Shown here piece by piece: positions 1-10,460 of a DNA stretch of 64,000 nt. Positions within the stretch are counted from its first letter, which is position 1. Each line of letters starts with the position of its first letter. A model generated the notes under the pieces. It did no database searches. It was not told the origin of the DNA and saw nothing but the letters and a program-made list of their open reading frames with translations. Source of the stretch: Peptococcia bacterium (GTDB lineage: Bacteria > Bacillota > Peptococcia > DRI-13 > DTU073); contig JBMNJI010000007.1 in assembly GCA_050951585.1 (NCBI GenBank), positions 333,890 to 397,889 on the forward strand, given 5' to 3'. The position numbers were made by a program, and so were the translations under genes.

Positions 1-143
1 CTGTCTCTTCCAACAGACTCACCCCATTCATTTATGTTTTAAATGGAAATGGTGACCGGTCTTACCTATATTTTACCGTTTCTCGTCAAAAAAAACAATG
101 TTCTTCGTTATTAAAGTTTTTATAGGATTTTTATTTTTATATT

Positions 144-386
144 TTAATTAAATAATTCTGCCACCCAGGCGCAAACACCGCGTATCGCCGATCCGATACT
201 GGCTAAGGCCGCATTGATGCTATCCATGATTGTGATATCTGTGCCAAACTGGTTATTCACTAAGGTAATCCCCAGTGAAATTAGTATTATCCCCAGGGCC
301 GCGCCTAAAAAAATCTTCACCGACTTTACTACCAGTTTTATAATAAACAAAATAATCAACAACCCAAACAGCACCGCAAGGTTCAT
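144..386 (-). CDS. small hydrophobic membrane protein, function unknown
   Basis: 80-aa ORF with two hydrophobic helices (LAVLFGLLIILFIIKLVV and GAALGIILISLGITLV). I recognise no family. Confidence 0.4.
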   Translation of the reverse strand: MNLAVLFGLLIILFIIKLVVKSVKIFLGAALGIILISLGITLVNNQFGTDITIMDSINAALASIGSAIRGVCAWVAELFN

Positions 387-473
387 AGACTTACTCCTTT
401 CTCCTCTTTCTCCTCATCCCTTATTACCATTTATATTATACCATTCATTAGCCTTATTAAGGAATTGAATAAT

Positions 474-525
474 GAAAACAAAAACCCCGCAGCAAATAAA
501 GATTGCTCTTCGCATCTGCTACGGG
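474..525 (-). terminator. rho-independent terminator of glmS
   Basis: On the minus strand, CCCGUAGCA...UGCUGCGGG forms a stem 8 nt after the glmS stop and is followed by UUUUUGUUUUC. Confidence 0.7.
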
Positions 526-532
526 ATTAGGA

Positions 533-2365
533 TCACTCAACGGTTACCGACTTGGCAAGATTTCGCGGCTGGTCCACGTTACAGCCTCTTTCTACCGCGG
601 TATAATAAGCGAGTAATTGCAGAGGAATTACGGCCAACACCGGGCTCACCGTATTTTCAATCTTAGGTATATAGATAGCCTGGCTGACCCATTTGGCAAT
701 TTCGGTATCTCCCTCTTCCGCTACTCCAATAACCATGGCATCCCGTGCGGTAACCTCCATAATGTTACTTAATGTTTTTTCATAAGTATGCTTCTGCAGC
801 GCAAGGGCAATCACCGGAGTCTCCTTGGTAATCAAGGCCAATGTCCCGTGCTTTAGTTCACCGGCAGCATAGGCTTCCGCGTGAATATAAGAAATTTCTT
901 TCAACTTCAACGCGCCTTCCATGGCCAGGTTATAATCATACCCACGACCGATAAAGAAAATACTTTGCGCCCCTTGGATCTTTTGGGCAAGCTCACGATA
1001 AATCTCTTTCTGCTTAATGATTTCCTCCGCCTTGGCCGGAAGCTGTTGTAAAGCCTCGAGAATCACAGCTGCCTTTTCCGCGGGGATTGTCCCCTTCACC
1101 TGCCCGAGATACACGCTGAGTAAATATTGGGCGATGAGCATCGCCGTATACGCCTTGGTGGAAGCCACGGCAATCTCCGGCCCTGCCCACAGGAAGATTG
1201 TATAATCCGCTTCCCGCGAGACACTGCTCCCCACAACATTCGTAATGGCAATTGTCGTCGCGCCTTTAGCCTTCGCATCCCTCATCGCCGCTAAAGTATC
1301 CGCAGTTTCTCCTGATTGACTAATAAAAATCGCCAGCGTCCGCTCATTGACCAAAGGATTCCGGTAACGAAACTCCGAAGCAATATCTACTTCAACCGGA
1401 ATGCGTAAAAATTCCTCAATTAACGGTTTCCCGACTAAGCCGGAATGATACGCCGTGCCGCAAGCCACAATGAATACTTTTTCCCATCGTGCCACATCTT
1501 CTTTCGTAAACCTTAACTCGTCCAGTTTCACTTTGCCTTGTTGAATGCGTCCGCTTAAGGTCTTTTGAAAGGTATGGGGCTGTTCACAGATCTCCTTCAG
1601 CATAAAATGGTCATAACCGGCCTTTTCCGCCGCTTCCGCATCCCAATCCACATGGTAGGTATTACGGTATACCTCATGATTCTCTTCATCAAAAATAACG
1701 GCATTATCTTTTGTTAGTAACACCACTTCACCATCTTCAATGAAGTAAACATCACGGGTATGGTTCAATACTGCCGGAATGTCTGAAGCAATAAAATTCT
1801 CACCCTTACCCAGCCCGACAATTAAAGGGCTGTCCTTACGGGCAGCGACCAGTTTATCCGGCTCCTGCACCGCTACGACGCCCACCGCATAAGAGCCGTG
1901 AACCTTTTGCAAGGTTTTGCGCAACGCTTCAACCAAATTACCGTCATAATATTCTTCCAATAAATGCGCAAAAACTTCCGTATCTGTTTCCGAAGCAAAA
2001 TGATGTCCCTTCTCATTAACAAGCCACTCTTTTAATTCCAGATAGTTTTCAATTATTCCGTTATGAACCACGGCGAACTGATCGGAACAACCCTGATGAG
2101 GATGAGAGTTCACATCACTGGGACGGCCGTGAGTTGCCCACCGTGTATGTCCGATCCCGATACAGCCCGCTGGCTGACAATGAGCAAGCTTATTCTCCAG
2201 ATTCGAGATTTTCCCCACCGTCTTCACCACACTGAGCCGCTGATGCATTTGTTCAATTACGGCGACCCCTGCCGAATCATAACCTCTATATTCCAATTTT
2301 TTTAAACCGTCAATTAAAAGAGGGGTTGCCTCTTGCATCCCTATGTAGCCAACAATTCCACACAT
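533..2365 (-). CDS. glmS: glutamine--fructose-6-phosphate aminotransferase (isomerising)
   Basis: 610 aa. The N-terminal nucleophile MCGIVGYIG is present, followed by two SIS domains and the C-terminal ...PRNLAKSVTVE typical of GlmS. A glmS ribozyme lies in the leader. Confidence 0.97.
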   Translation of the reverse strand: MCGIVGYIGMQEATPLLIDGLKKLEYRGYDSAGVAVIEQMHQRLSVVKTVGKISNLENKLAHCQPAGCIGIGHTRWATHGRPSDVNSHPHQGCSDQFAVVHNGIIENYLELKEWLVNEKGHHFASETDTEVFAHLLEEYYDGNLVEALRKTLQKVHGSYAVGVVAVQEPDKLVAARKDSPLIVGLGKGENFIASDIPAVLNHTRDVYFIEDGEVVLLTKDNAVIFDEENHEVYRNTYHVDWDAEAAEKAGYDHFMLKEICEQPHTFQKTLSGRIQQGKVKLDELRFTKEDVARWEKVFIVACGTAYHSGLVGKPLIEEFLRIPVEVDIASEFRYRNPLVNERTLAIFISQSGETADTLAAMRDAKAKGATTIAITNVVGSSVSREADYTIFLWAGPEIAVASTKAYTAMLIAQYLLSVYLGQVKGTIPAEKAAVILEALQQLPAKAEEIIKQKEIYRELAQKIQGAQSIFFIGRGYDYNLAMEGALKLKEISYIHAEAYAAGELKHGTLALITKETPVIALALQKHTYEKTLSNIMEVTARDAMVIGVAEEGDTEIAKWVSQAIYIPKIENTVSPVLAVIPLQLLAYYTAVERGCNVDQPRNLAKSVTVE

Positions 2366-2404
2366 AATAAAATAGACCTCCCTTTAAGCAGGTAATTAAC
2401 AACA

Positions 2405-2556
2405 TGTTTTGTGCCTGATACCCTTTGTTCCCGGAATTACTTCCGGGTTTTTGATATCTTTTACGGTGGCACAACACCGGAGGGCACCCGCCGATCTTCG
2501 ATAAACCCTCTCCTCGTCAACCGTGCACACACGTCCCGGCACGGTTCAGGCGCTTA
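2405..2556 (-). ncRNA. glmS ribozyme (GlcN6P-activated self-cleaving leader)
   Basis: The minus strand reads A|GCGCCUGAAC...GACGAGGAGAGGGUUUAUCGAAGAUCGGCGGGUGCCCUCCGG...CCGUAAAAGA...CCGGGAACAAAGGG. This matches the conserved core blocks of the Bacillus glmS ribozyme (AGCGCC, GACGAGGA, UAUCGAA..UCGGCGG.UGCC, CCGUAA, GAACAAAG) directly upstream of glmS. The ends are approximate. Confidence 0.85.
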
Positions 2557-2682
2557 TTATTCGCTTGTTTCGCTTTTTTGCTTTTCTACTTTTCCCCCTC
2601 ACCTCCCCATCATCATCTCATCTGCCATTATTGCATCCAAGCCTCTCATTATGGCCTCCAACATTATTATTGTACACTAGCA

Positions 2683-2720
2683 AACTAACTCCGGCAAGGA
2701 TTACACGGAGTTAGTTTTTT
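2683..2720. terminator. hairpin terminator between the GGDEF gene and the glmS leader
   Basis: A 12-bp perfect stem (AAACTAACTCCG / CGGAGTTAGTTT) lies 37 nt downstream of the cyclase stop. The T-run is on the plus strand and the A-run is on the side facing the minus-strand gene, so the acting direction is ambiguous. Confidence 0.5.
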
Positions 2721-2753
2721 ACAGCAGTATTTTGCCCATATATTATATGTCAA

Positions 2754-4397
2754 TTATTCGCTAAAAGACTCAACCCTGTTGCCGCCATTCTCTTTGGCTT
2801 TTTCCATGGCTTCTAAAGACCGATTGATCAAAGTTTCCAACAGTTGCGAACTGCTTTCCTTTTCGCACCCGAAGGACTTATATGTAGCTACTCCAATACT
2901 GATGGTAATGCCGAAACTGTGATAATCCACCTCGACCGGTGCTTCCGCCACATACTTCTTAAATCTTTCCGCAAATTGCAGTGCGCCGTCTCCGTCCGTT
3001 TCGGGCAGGATAACGGCAAATTCTTCTCCCGCCAGCCGCCCCGCCACATCACTAATCCTGGCAATACGGCCCAATACCTCGGCAATAAACACCAGCACCT
3101 GATCCCCGATATTATTGCCATATAAATCGTTAATATTTTTAAACCCGTCAATATCAAAGTATACTAATGAACAATAACCGGACTTTCGGCGTACCAGCTC
3201 TACTATTTCCTGTCCCCGGGCGTAAAAATGCCTTCTGTTGGCTAAACCCGTCAGCGGATCATAGAGAGCCTGAACGCGCATCTTATCCGATAATTCATCG
3301 ATTTTCCCGTGCATCTTCTCTATAACCTGATTCAGCATCGAGACTTCTTCAATACTAAATTTCTCTTCTTCCCACTTGCCCGTGGTCCCTTTTTCCCCAC
3401 AGTCTTCCGCATATTTTACCGCCCGCTCCACCGTCGCCTCGATCGGTTTAATAAGCCGCCAGGTCGCTCTTTTTAGCAAGGGCACTATTAACAAGAAAAA
3501 TAAGGACACATAAACAAGGGATACTATCGCCATATTCCGCCAAAAGGCTCCCATTGTTTCGGCTTTATCAACTTCTACCGCCAAACTCCACCCATAATTC
3601 TCCATCGCCTTGTATGCGCCAAAAACCCGCTTAGCCTGGTAATTATCGTATTCACTATATCCGCTTTCTCCGGGAGTAAGCCCTAACGCAGCGCCTTCCT
3701 TGAGCTGATAACGATACTGCCCGGTTTTGTCTACCGTCCCGCTTTTAACAGGCCATAAGGTATAATAAGGCACTGTAAGAATAGTCCCGTTTTTATCAAG
3801 CAGGTAAACATTGCCGGTGATATTCGGGTCAATAGAGGTAAGCATTCGCTCAATTTTTTCAATATTAATGGAACCGATAATCAAGCCTGACATTTCGCCT
3901 TCTTCCGATAAAACCGGGCTGCATACAGCGATGGTATATTTCCCGTTAAACCGGCTGATTATTGTTTCACTGATATGGCAATTTCCTTGTAAGGCCAATT
4001 GATAATACTCCTGGTCTGCCACACTTACTTCAGGATTTTCCAATTCTCCTTCCACTAATAAAACGCTTCCCTCTTTATCGGCATAGGCCAGCGCATTAAA
4101 ACAGGTGGTCTGACAGTTCAACTGATGCTGAAATATTTCTTTGATCTCCTTAAGGTTAGTATCTTTTGCCGCAAGATCTTGGGAGAGTTGCCTAATCTCC
4201 TTACTTCTGTCCCCAAACCAATTTTCAATTAAATTTAATTGCCGGTCTCTGATGTTTTCCAAATTGGCAAAGCATATATTTTTGTACTGTCTGAATGACA
4301 AAACGGAAAAAAGAATCAGCCCTATTACTGCCGTAAAAAGGCAAAATAATAGCAGGTATGCATTTATAATTTTACGGAACTTTTCCTTCTTCGGCAT
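2754..4397 (-). CDS. membrane sensor diguanylate cyclase (Cache-like periplasmic domain, TM, GGDEF domain)
   Basis: 547 aa. An N-terminal TM is followed by an extracytoplasmic Cache-like region, a second TM and a C-terminal GGDEF domain. The active-site motif reads AGEEF (RLAGEEFAVILPE). An RxxD I-site (RISD) lies 5 residues upstream. Confidence 0.85.
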   Translation of the reverse strand: MPKKEKFRKIINAYLLLFCLFTAVIGLILFSVLSFRQYKNICFANLENIRDRQLNLIENWFGDRSKEIRQLSQDLAAKDTNLKEIKEIFQHQLNCQTTCFNALAYADKEGSVLLVEGELENPEVSVADQEYYQLALQGNCHISETIISRFNGKYTIAVCSPVLSEEGEMSGLIIGSINIEKIERMLTSIDPNITGNVYLLDKNGTILTVPYYTLWPVKSGTVDKTGQYRYQLKEGAALGLTPGESGYSEYDNYQAKRVFGAYKAMENYGWSLAVEVDKAETMGAFWRNMAIVSLVYVSLFFLLIVPLLKRATWRLIKPIEATVERAVKYAEDCGEKGTTGKWEEEKFSIEEVSMLNQVIEKMHGKIDELSDKMRVQALYDPLTGLANRRHFYARGQEIVELVRRKSGYCSLVYFDIDGFKNINDLYGNNIGDQVLVFIAEVLGRIARISDVAGRLAGEEFAVILPETDGDGALQFAERFKKYVAEAPVEVDYHSFGITISIGVATYKSFGCEKESSSQLLETLINRSLEAMEKAKENGGNRVESFSE

Positions 4398-4512
4398 ATG
4401 CTTTTACTCCCCCCTAAATGGGGATGCCCTCCTCCACATTCAGAACTAAAATTATGCTACAAATGCTACAGACAGAATTGCGGAATAATTTAAGAAGCCT
4501 TAAGAGAAATTA

Positions 4513-5787
4513 TTACCGATGAAAAGCGCGATGGGCGATGTCATCACGAAAATGGGCACCCTCAAAATGTATTCTTTTTACACCGCTATAAGTAAGGTTA
4601 ACGGCCTGCTGCAAACTGTTCCCTAAGGCAGTAACCGCTAATACCCTTCCCCCGGCAGTAATAATCTGCTGATCCCGTACAGCCGTACCACTATGAAATA
4701 CCAGCACCTCCGGCGGTACATTCTCTAATCCGCTAATGGGAAATCCCTTCTCATAATGACCGGGATACCCGGCGGAGGCCATGACCACAGTAACGCATGC
4801 TTCATCAGACCATTCAATCATCATCCTGTCTAATCTTTCCTCACAAATTGCCAGCATAATCTCTACAAGATCAGTCTTTAACCTGGGCAAAATGACCTGC
4901 GTTTCCGGATCACCAAAACGGGCGTTAAATTCCAGCACCCGCGGACCATCTTTCGTAATCATCAATCCGGCATACAACACCCCTTTAAAAGGACAACCTT
5001 CCAGCGCCATCGCGCGCATGGTGGGCTCCAGCACCGTGTCGAGAATCTCCTGACATAAAGCTGGAGTCGCTACCGGTGCAGGCGAATAAGCGCCCATTCC
5101 TCCTGTATTCGGTCCCTGATCACCGGAAAAGACCCGCTTGTGATCCTGTGCCGAAACAAGCGGCACCACAGTTTTTCCATCACAAAAAGCCATCAGGCTC
5201 AACTCTTCACCGTCTAAAAACTCCTCAATCAGGACCTTGTCACCGGCGGCGCCAAAAACTTTTTCAAGCAAAACTTTCCTGATCTCCGCATCGGTCTCTT
5301 CGATGGTGGAACAAATCATGACACCTTTGCCGGCTGCTAAGCCATCCGCCTTTACAACCCAAGGTCCCGGCAACTCCCTGGCAAAACTCCGGGCTGCTTC
5401 ATATTCCGTAAAAACTCCGTAACGCGCCGTCGGAATTCCGTAACGGGCCATTAAATCCTTCGCAAAGCCTTTACTGCCCTCAAGGGCGGCCGCTTTCTGC
5501 TGCGGCCCGAAAGCTTTTATCCCGGCTTCCTCCAACCGATCAACCAAGCCCATTGTTAAAGGTAATTCCGGTCCGACGACCACTAAATCGATCTGCCGCT
5601 CCTGACAAAAATTCACTATTCCTGTTAAGTCATCCGCGGCCAGAGGCACACATTCGGCAATTAACGCAATCCCGGCATTCCCGGGAGCACAATATATTTT
5701 CGCAACCCTGGCACTCTGCGCGATCTTCCAGACAAGAGTATGTTCACGGCCGCCACCGCCGACCACGAGTACTTTTAATCCATTCAC
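4513..5787 (-). CDS. purD: phosphoribosylamine--glycine ligase
   Basis: Contains the GARS motifs KVLVVGGGGREH and APGNAG plus an ATP-grasp core. The maximal ORF runs to 5823. A GTG at 5787 is preceded by GGAGG at 7 nt and gives the canonical N-terminus (M)NGLKVLVVGGGG. Confidence 0.93.
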   Translation of the reverse strand: MNGLKVLVVGGGGREHTLVWKIAQSARVAKIYCAPGNAGIALIAECVPLAADDLTGIVNFCQERQIDLVVVGPELPLTMGLVDRLEEAGIKAFGPQQKAAALEGSKGFAKDLMARYGIPTARYGVFTEYEAARSFARELPGPWVVKADGLAAGKGVMICSTIEETDAEIRKVLLEKVFGAAGDKVLIEEFLDGEELSLMAFCDGKTVVPLVSAQDHKRVFSGDQGPNTGGMGAYSPAPVATPALCQEILDTVLEPTMRAMALEGCPFKGVLYAGLMITKDGPRVLEFNARFGDPETQVILPRLKTDLVEIMLAICEERLDRMMIEWSDEACVTVVMASAGYPGHYEKGFPISGLENVPPEVLVFHSGTAVRDQQIITAGGRVLAVTALGNSLQQAVNLTYSGVKRIHFEGAHFRDDIAHRAFHR

Positions 5788-5840
5788 CGTACTTCCCTCC
5801 AACATCACCAAATGAAATGACAAGCCAAAATCTAATGCTT

Positions 5841-7376
5841 CTAATGTTTAAAATGGCGGAATCCCGTAAAGACCATCGCTATTCCGTATTCGTTCGCTTT
5901 GGCAATTACATCCTCATCTCTGATCGAACCACCCGGCTGAATAATCGCCGTAATTCCCATGTTCGCCGCCACTTCAACCGTATCGGAAAAGGGGAAATAG
6001 GCATCCGAAGCAAGAACAGCACCTCTGACCTGCGATCCGGCTTGTTCCAGGGCGATTTTCGCTGCACCAACCCTGTTCATTTGCCCTGCCCCGACCCCGA
6101 GAATTTGTTTATCCTTCGTCACCACAATGGCATTTGACTTAACATGCTTTACAATTTTCCAGGCATAAAGCAACTCCTCAAGCTGTTCCACGGTCGGCTC
6201 CTTTTTGGTAACTGTCCGTAAATCCGCCAGCGTTACTTTGTGGGTGTCCCTTTCCTGGACAAGGAAGCCCCCGCTGACAGGTTCTAGCCAATACTCTTTT
6301 CCGGTCGGCTTTTTGTCCCCCATGGCAATAAGCCGCAAATTGCTCTTCTTACTTAAGATGCCGAGAGCATCTTCAGCAAAAGAAGGAGCAATAATTGCCT
6401 CCAAAAATGTTTTGCTCAGCTCTTCAGCCGTTGCCACATCTACTTCCCTGTTTAACCCGACAATCCCCCCGTAAGCGGAAATTTTATCTGAGGTAAAGGC
6501 CCGTACATAAGCCTCTTGTAAATCCTTGCCGATCGATGCCCCACAAGGATTAGTATGTTTAATAACCGCCGCCGCAGGCTCGGAAAACTCAGTAGCAATA
6601 GCCCAGGCCGACTCCAAATCGACCAGGTTATTATAGGACAGCTCTTTCCCTTGCAGTTGCTCTGCTCCGGCAATCGTACCTTCTCTGTTCCCGTTGAGCC
6701 CGTAAAACGCCGCCTTTTGATGAGGATTTTCCCCATAACGGAGCTTTTGGATCTTTTCCCCTTCCATAAACCAATGCTCCGGGAATTCCTTCCCGCCCCA
6801 TAAGCGATCCAGATAGAGACTTACGGCCTGGTCATAGGAAGCGGTATGGGAAAATGCTTCTAAGGCCAGCTTTTGTCGGGTCGTTAAATTGACCACCCCA
6901 TCATGGCTCAGCTGACCTAATACCTCGGTGTAATGATCCGGATTAACTACCACCGTGACCCGCTCATAATTTTTGGCCGCCGCCCGCACCATTGTCGGTC
7001 CGCCAATATCGATATTTTCGATGGCCTCGTCCAGTGAAACGCCTTCTTTGGCTACTGTTTCCTTGAACGGATAAAGATTGACTACTACTAAATCAATCGG
7101 CATAATCCCTAATTCCGCCAGTTGCCGCAGATGCTCTTCCGTATCCCTAGCCAGGATGCCGCCATGAATTTTGGGATGCAATGTTTTCACTCTGCCGTCC
7201 AGAATTTCCGGAAAGCCGGTCAGATCGGCCACAGGAGTGACTCTTATCCCGGCTTCCTGTAAAGCCTTCGCCGTACCGCCGGTGGAAATGATCTGATACC
7301 CTAAATCCTGCAACCCCTGGGCAAATTTCACCACACCTTTTTTATTAGATACACTTATTAAGGCGCATTTATTCAC
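5841..7376 (-). CDS. purH: bifunctional AICAR formyltransferase / IMP cyclohydrolase
   Basis: 511 aa. It has an MGS-like N-terminal domain (ALISVSNKKG...GGTAKAL) and an AICARFT C-terminal domain ending ...FTGFRHFKH. Confidence 0.97.
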   Translation of the reverse strand: MNKCALISVSNKKGVVKFAQGLQDLGYQIISTGGTAKALQEAGIRVTPVADLTGFPEILDGRVKTLHPKIHGGILARDTEEHLRQLAELGIMPIDLVVVNLYPFKETVAKEGVSLDEAIENIDIGGPTMVRAAAKNYERVTVVVNPDHYTEVLGQLSHDGVVNLTTRQKLALEAFSHTASYDQAVSLYLDRLWGGKEFPEHWFMEGEKIQKLRYGENPHQKAAFYGLNGNREGTIAGAEQLQGKELSYNNLVDLESAWAIATEFSEPAAAVIKHTNPCGASIGKDLQEAYVRAFTSDKISAYGGIVGLNREVDVATAEELSKTFLEAIIAPSFAEDALGILSKKSNLRLIAMGDKKPTGKEYWLEPVSGGFLVQERDTHKVTLADLRTVTKKEPTVEQLEELLYAWKIVKHVKSNAIVVTKDKQILGVGAGQMNRVGAAKIALEQAGSQVRGAVLASDAYFPFSDTVEVAANMGITAIIQPGGSIRDEDVIAKANEYGIAMVFTGFRHFKH

Positions 7377-7998
7377 TATCCTTTTCCTCCCCTGTAATTA
7401 TTACCTTTCTACCTTGACAGGTTATCCGCCCCTCGGCAAGCAGTTGAATAACCGCCGGGTAAATCCGGTGCTCTTCCTTAAGAATCCGTTCAGCTAAGCT
7501 TTCCTCCGTATCACCGTCATATACAGGCACCACTGCTTGCATAATAATTGGGCCCGTATCGACCCCTTCGTCAAGAAAATGAACCGTGCATCCGCTGTAA
7601 CGGACTCCATATTCGACGGCCTGACGTTGCGCATGCAAGCCTTGAAAAGCAGGTAGCAAGGACGGATGAATATTTAAAATCGGTACCTGCGCCCCCCGGA
7701 TAAAAGCGGGAGAAAAAACCCGCATAAAACCTGCCAGAATTATATAATCAACATTAAATTCTTTGATGGTCGCTAAAATTCCTTCTTCAAATTGTATTTT
7801 TCCCGAAAAATCGGCAGGATTTACCCAATAGGCTGGGATATTCTCCCGGCGTGCTCTTTCTAAAGCCCCCGCATTCTCTTTATCGCTTAGCACAACAACA
7901 ACATCAGCCTGCACTTTTCCGGCTTTACTGCGCTCCAAGATTGCCTGTAGATTGGAACCACGCCCGGAAGCCAATACGGCGAGACGCAGTCTTTTCAT
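7369..7998 (-). CDS. purN: phosphoribosylglycinamide formyltransferase
   Basis: 209 aa with the motifs LASGRGSNLQAI and NIHPSLLP. It overlaps purH by 8 nt. Confidence 0.95.
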   Translation of the reverse strand: MKRLRLAVLASGRGSNLQAILERSKAGKVQADVVVVLSDKENAGALERARRENIPAYWVNPADFSGKIQFEEGILATIKEFNVDYIILAGFMRVFSPAFIRGAQVPILNIHPSLLPAFQGLHAQRQAVEYGVRYSGCTVHFLDEGVDTGPIIMQAVVPVYDGDTEESLAERILKEEHRIYPAVIQLLAEGRITCQGRKVIITGEEKDSE

Positions 7999-9048
7999 TT
8001 ATTCGTCCCCCTTTATGGTGACCCCGGGCTTACCTGCAACAATGGATCCAATTAAATAAGCTTTTTCACCCAGTTCAGATAATCGCTGCAACAAACGATT
8101 GGCCTCGGCCGCAGCAAGAATAAAGGTAAAACCGATCCCCATATTGAATGTTCTGAGCATCTCTGTTCTCTCGATCTTTCCCCCTTCAGCTAAAAGCTGA
8201 AAAACAGGCGGGACAGGCCAGGAACCATGCTCTATTTCGATATGACAATCATCCGGCAAAACACGTGGTGGATTTTCCAGCAAACCACCCCCGGTAATAT
8301 GGGCCATCCCCTTGATCTTAAATTCCGTTAAAACCTTCTGTACTACCGGCACGTAGATCCGCGTCGGCTTGAGTAATTCTTCCCCTAAGGTGCAGTTTAA
8401 TTCCGGTACATATTGTTCGGGCTCCCACTGATAAACATCAAAGAAGACCTTCCGCGCCAGGGAAAAACCATTGGAATGTAACCCTGTAGAAGCAAGCCCA
8501 ACCACCACATCGCCCGGTCTTATTTCCCGGCCGTCAATAATCGCGTCTCTTTCCACCGCACCAACAGCAAAACCCGCCACATCATATTCATCCGGACGAT
8601 AAAAACCGGGCATTTCCGCCGTTTCACCGCCGATCAGAGTACAGCCGGCTTGATGGCAGCCCTCCGCGACCCCCGCAACGATGTCCGCCACCTGCTTGGG
8701 ATCCAGTTTACCCACCGCCAAATAATCCAGGAAGAAAAGCGGCTCTGCCCCGGAAACCAGAATATCATTCACACACATCGCCACACAATCAATGCCGATG
8801 CTATCATGTTTTCTCATTTTGTGCGCCACAGCCAGCTTTGTCCCAACCCCATCAGTACCGGAAACCAGCACAGGCTGTCTGTATTTTTCCATATCAAGGG
8901 CAAACAAAGCCCCAAAGCCCCCCAGCCCTCCGAGTACTTCTTTCCGCTTTGTCCGGGCAACCAACGGCTTGATCAGCTGCACCGCTTCATTACCGCTGTC
9001 GATATTCACCCCGGCTGTTCGATAAGTTAATCTTTCTTTTCCCGACAT
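7999..9048 (-). CDS. purM: phosphoribosylformylglycinamidine cyclo-ligase (AIR synthetase)
   Basis: Contains the motifs YRTAGVNID and [11 protein letters not shown] prefer the ATG at 9048 (AAGGAGGA 7 nt upstream) over the maximal ORF start at 9072. Confidence 0.94.
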   Translation of the reverse strand: MSGKERLTYRTAGVNIDSGNEAVQLIKPLVARTKRKEVLGGLGGFGALFALDMEKYRQPVLVSGTDGVGTKLAVAHKMRKHDSIGIDCVAMCVNDILVSGAEPLFFLDYLAVGKLDPKQVADIVAGVAEGCHQAGCTLIGGETAEMPGFYRPDEYDVAGFAVGAVERDAIIDGREIRPGDVVVGLASTGLHSNGFSLARKVFFDVYQWEPEQYVPELNCTLGEELLKPTRIYVPVVQKVLTEFKIKGMAHITGGGLLENPPRVLPDDCHIEIEHGSWPVPPVFQLLAEGGKIERTEMLRTFNMGIGFTFILAAAEANRLLQRLSELGEKAYLIGSIVAGKPGVTIKGDE

Positions 9049-9068
9049 TATCCTGTCCTCCTTGCCCC

Positions 9069-10460
9069 TCATTCTTTACCGGAAGGTATTGTGATGGGAT
9101 ATTGCTCATTCAGACAAGCCGTGCAAAAACCACAGTTTTGCCCCAAAGCATGGTACAATCCTTCGAGACTAAGATAGGAAAGAGTATCCGCGCCAATATA
9201 TTCTCTGATTTCGGCTAATGATTTTTGCACCGCAATTAACTGATTCCTTTCCGAAGTATCAATCCCATAGTAACAAGGCGCGATAACCGGTGGTGATGTG
9301 ATTAGCATGTGGACCTCTTTCGCCCCACTGTTACGCACCATTTGCACAATCCGTTTACTGGTTGTCCCCCGGACAATCGAGTCATCGACAATCCCTACTT
9401 TTTTCCCTTTGACCAGTTTGGCCACCGGATTTAATTTTAAACGGACCGCTATTTCCCGTTCACTTTGTTCAGGACTGATAAATGTCCTGCCAACATAACG
9501 ATTCTTCATTAACCCCATATCAAAAACACAGTTTATCCCCTCGGCGTAGCCAAGAGCCCCTGCTATACCTGAGTCAGGTACCGGAATAACGATATCCACA
9601 TCCATTGGTTTTTCCTTCGCCAATTGCCGTCCCATGGCCCGACGGGCTTCCATCACATTGATCCCGTCAATATCCGAATCGGGGCGGGCAAAATAAATAA
9701 ATTCAAAGGTGCAGAGAGCCCGTTTAACAGGTTGAAGACAAGGATACGAGTGGAGCCCTTTTTCATCAATCACCACAATCTCGCCCGGGGCAACATCCCT
9801 GACCATCTCCGCTCCTAATACCTCAAAAGCACATGATTCGGAAGCAAGAAGATAGGCATGATCCTTTTTCCCAATACAAAGTGGTCTGTTCCCATAGGGA
9901 TCCCTCATCCCGATTAATTCCTGATCTGTCATTAACACCATGGCATAACTCCCGACAATCTCCTGCATCGCTTTCCGTAAAGCTTCGGCGATACTAACCT
10001 GTCCATTATGGGCCAATAAATTAGCCAGAAGTTCGGAATCACTGCCCGCTTGAAAAACAGATCCTTCCTTGGCTAATTTCTGCCTTAGTTCTTTCGCGTT
10101 CGTAAAACAACCGTTATGGGCGATGGCTAAACTACCGTGCAGATAATTGCACAACAAAGGCTCGGCATTAAGGGCCGGGTTTCTCCCAACCGTCCCGTAA
10201 AGAACATGTCCAATCGCAATTTTCCCTTTTAAAGCGGCCAACGTTTGCTTGTCGAAAACATCAACCACTAAGCCCGGCCCTTTGTGCACCTTGATTTCCT
10301 GTCCGTCAGCCACGGCAATGCCGGCACTTTCCTGTCCGCGATGCTGTAAGGCATACAAAGCATAATAGGTTAATCTTGAGACATCCTTATCGGCACCAAA
10401 AATACCAAAGACCCCGCAAGCCTCTTCCATTTTATCCGGTTTTAACTCTTGATTAAGCAT
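9069..10460 (-). CDS. purF: amidophosphoribosyltransferase
   Basis: 463 aa. A short propeptide precedes the CGVFGIFG Ntn nucleophile. A PRTase domain and C-terminal Fe-S cysteines (CGFCTAC) follow. Confidence 0.95.
   Translation of the reverse strand: MLNQELKPDKMEEACGVFGIFGADKDVSRLTYYALYALQHRGQESAGIAVADGQEIKVHKGPGLVVDVFDKQTLAALKGKIAIGHVLYGTVGRNPALNAEPLLCNYLHGSLAIAHNGCFTNAKELRQKLAKEGSVFQAGSDSELLANLLAHNGQVSIAEALRKAMQEIVGSYAMVLMTDQELIGMRDPYGNRPLCIGKKDHAYLLASESCAFEVLGAEMVRDVAPGEIVVIDEKGLHSYPCLQPVKRALCTFEFIYFARPDSDIDGINVMEARRAMGRQLAKEKPMDVDIVIPVPDSGIAGALGYAEGINCVFDMGLMKNRYVGRTFISPEQSEREIAVRLKLNPVAKLVKGKKVGIVDDSIVRGTTSKRIVQMVRNSGAKEVHMLITSPPVIAPCYYGIDTSERNQLIAVQKSLAEIREYIGADTLSYLSLEGLYHALGQNCGFCTACLNEQYPITIPSGKE

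Noticed and set aside
2411-2714. Two plus-strand ORFs (89 and 63 aa) upstream of glmS.
   Set aside because: They overlap the antisense of the glmS ribozyme and leader. They are proline/serine-rich low-complexity translations.
5553-6137. 194-aa plus-strand ORF.
   Set aside because: It is antisense across the purD/purH junction. It has no RBS, and both sense genes are unambiguous.
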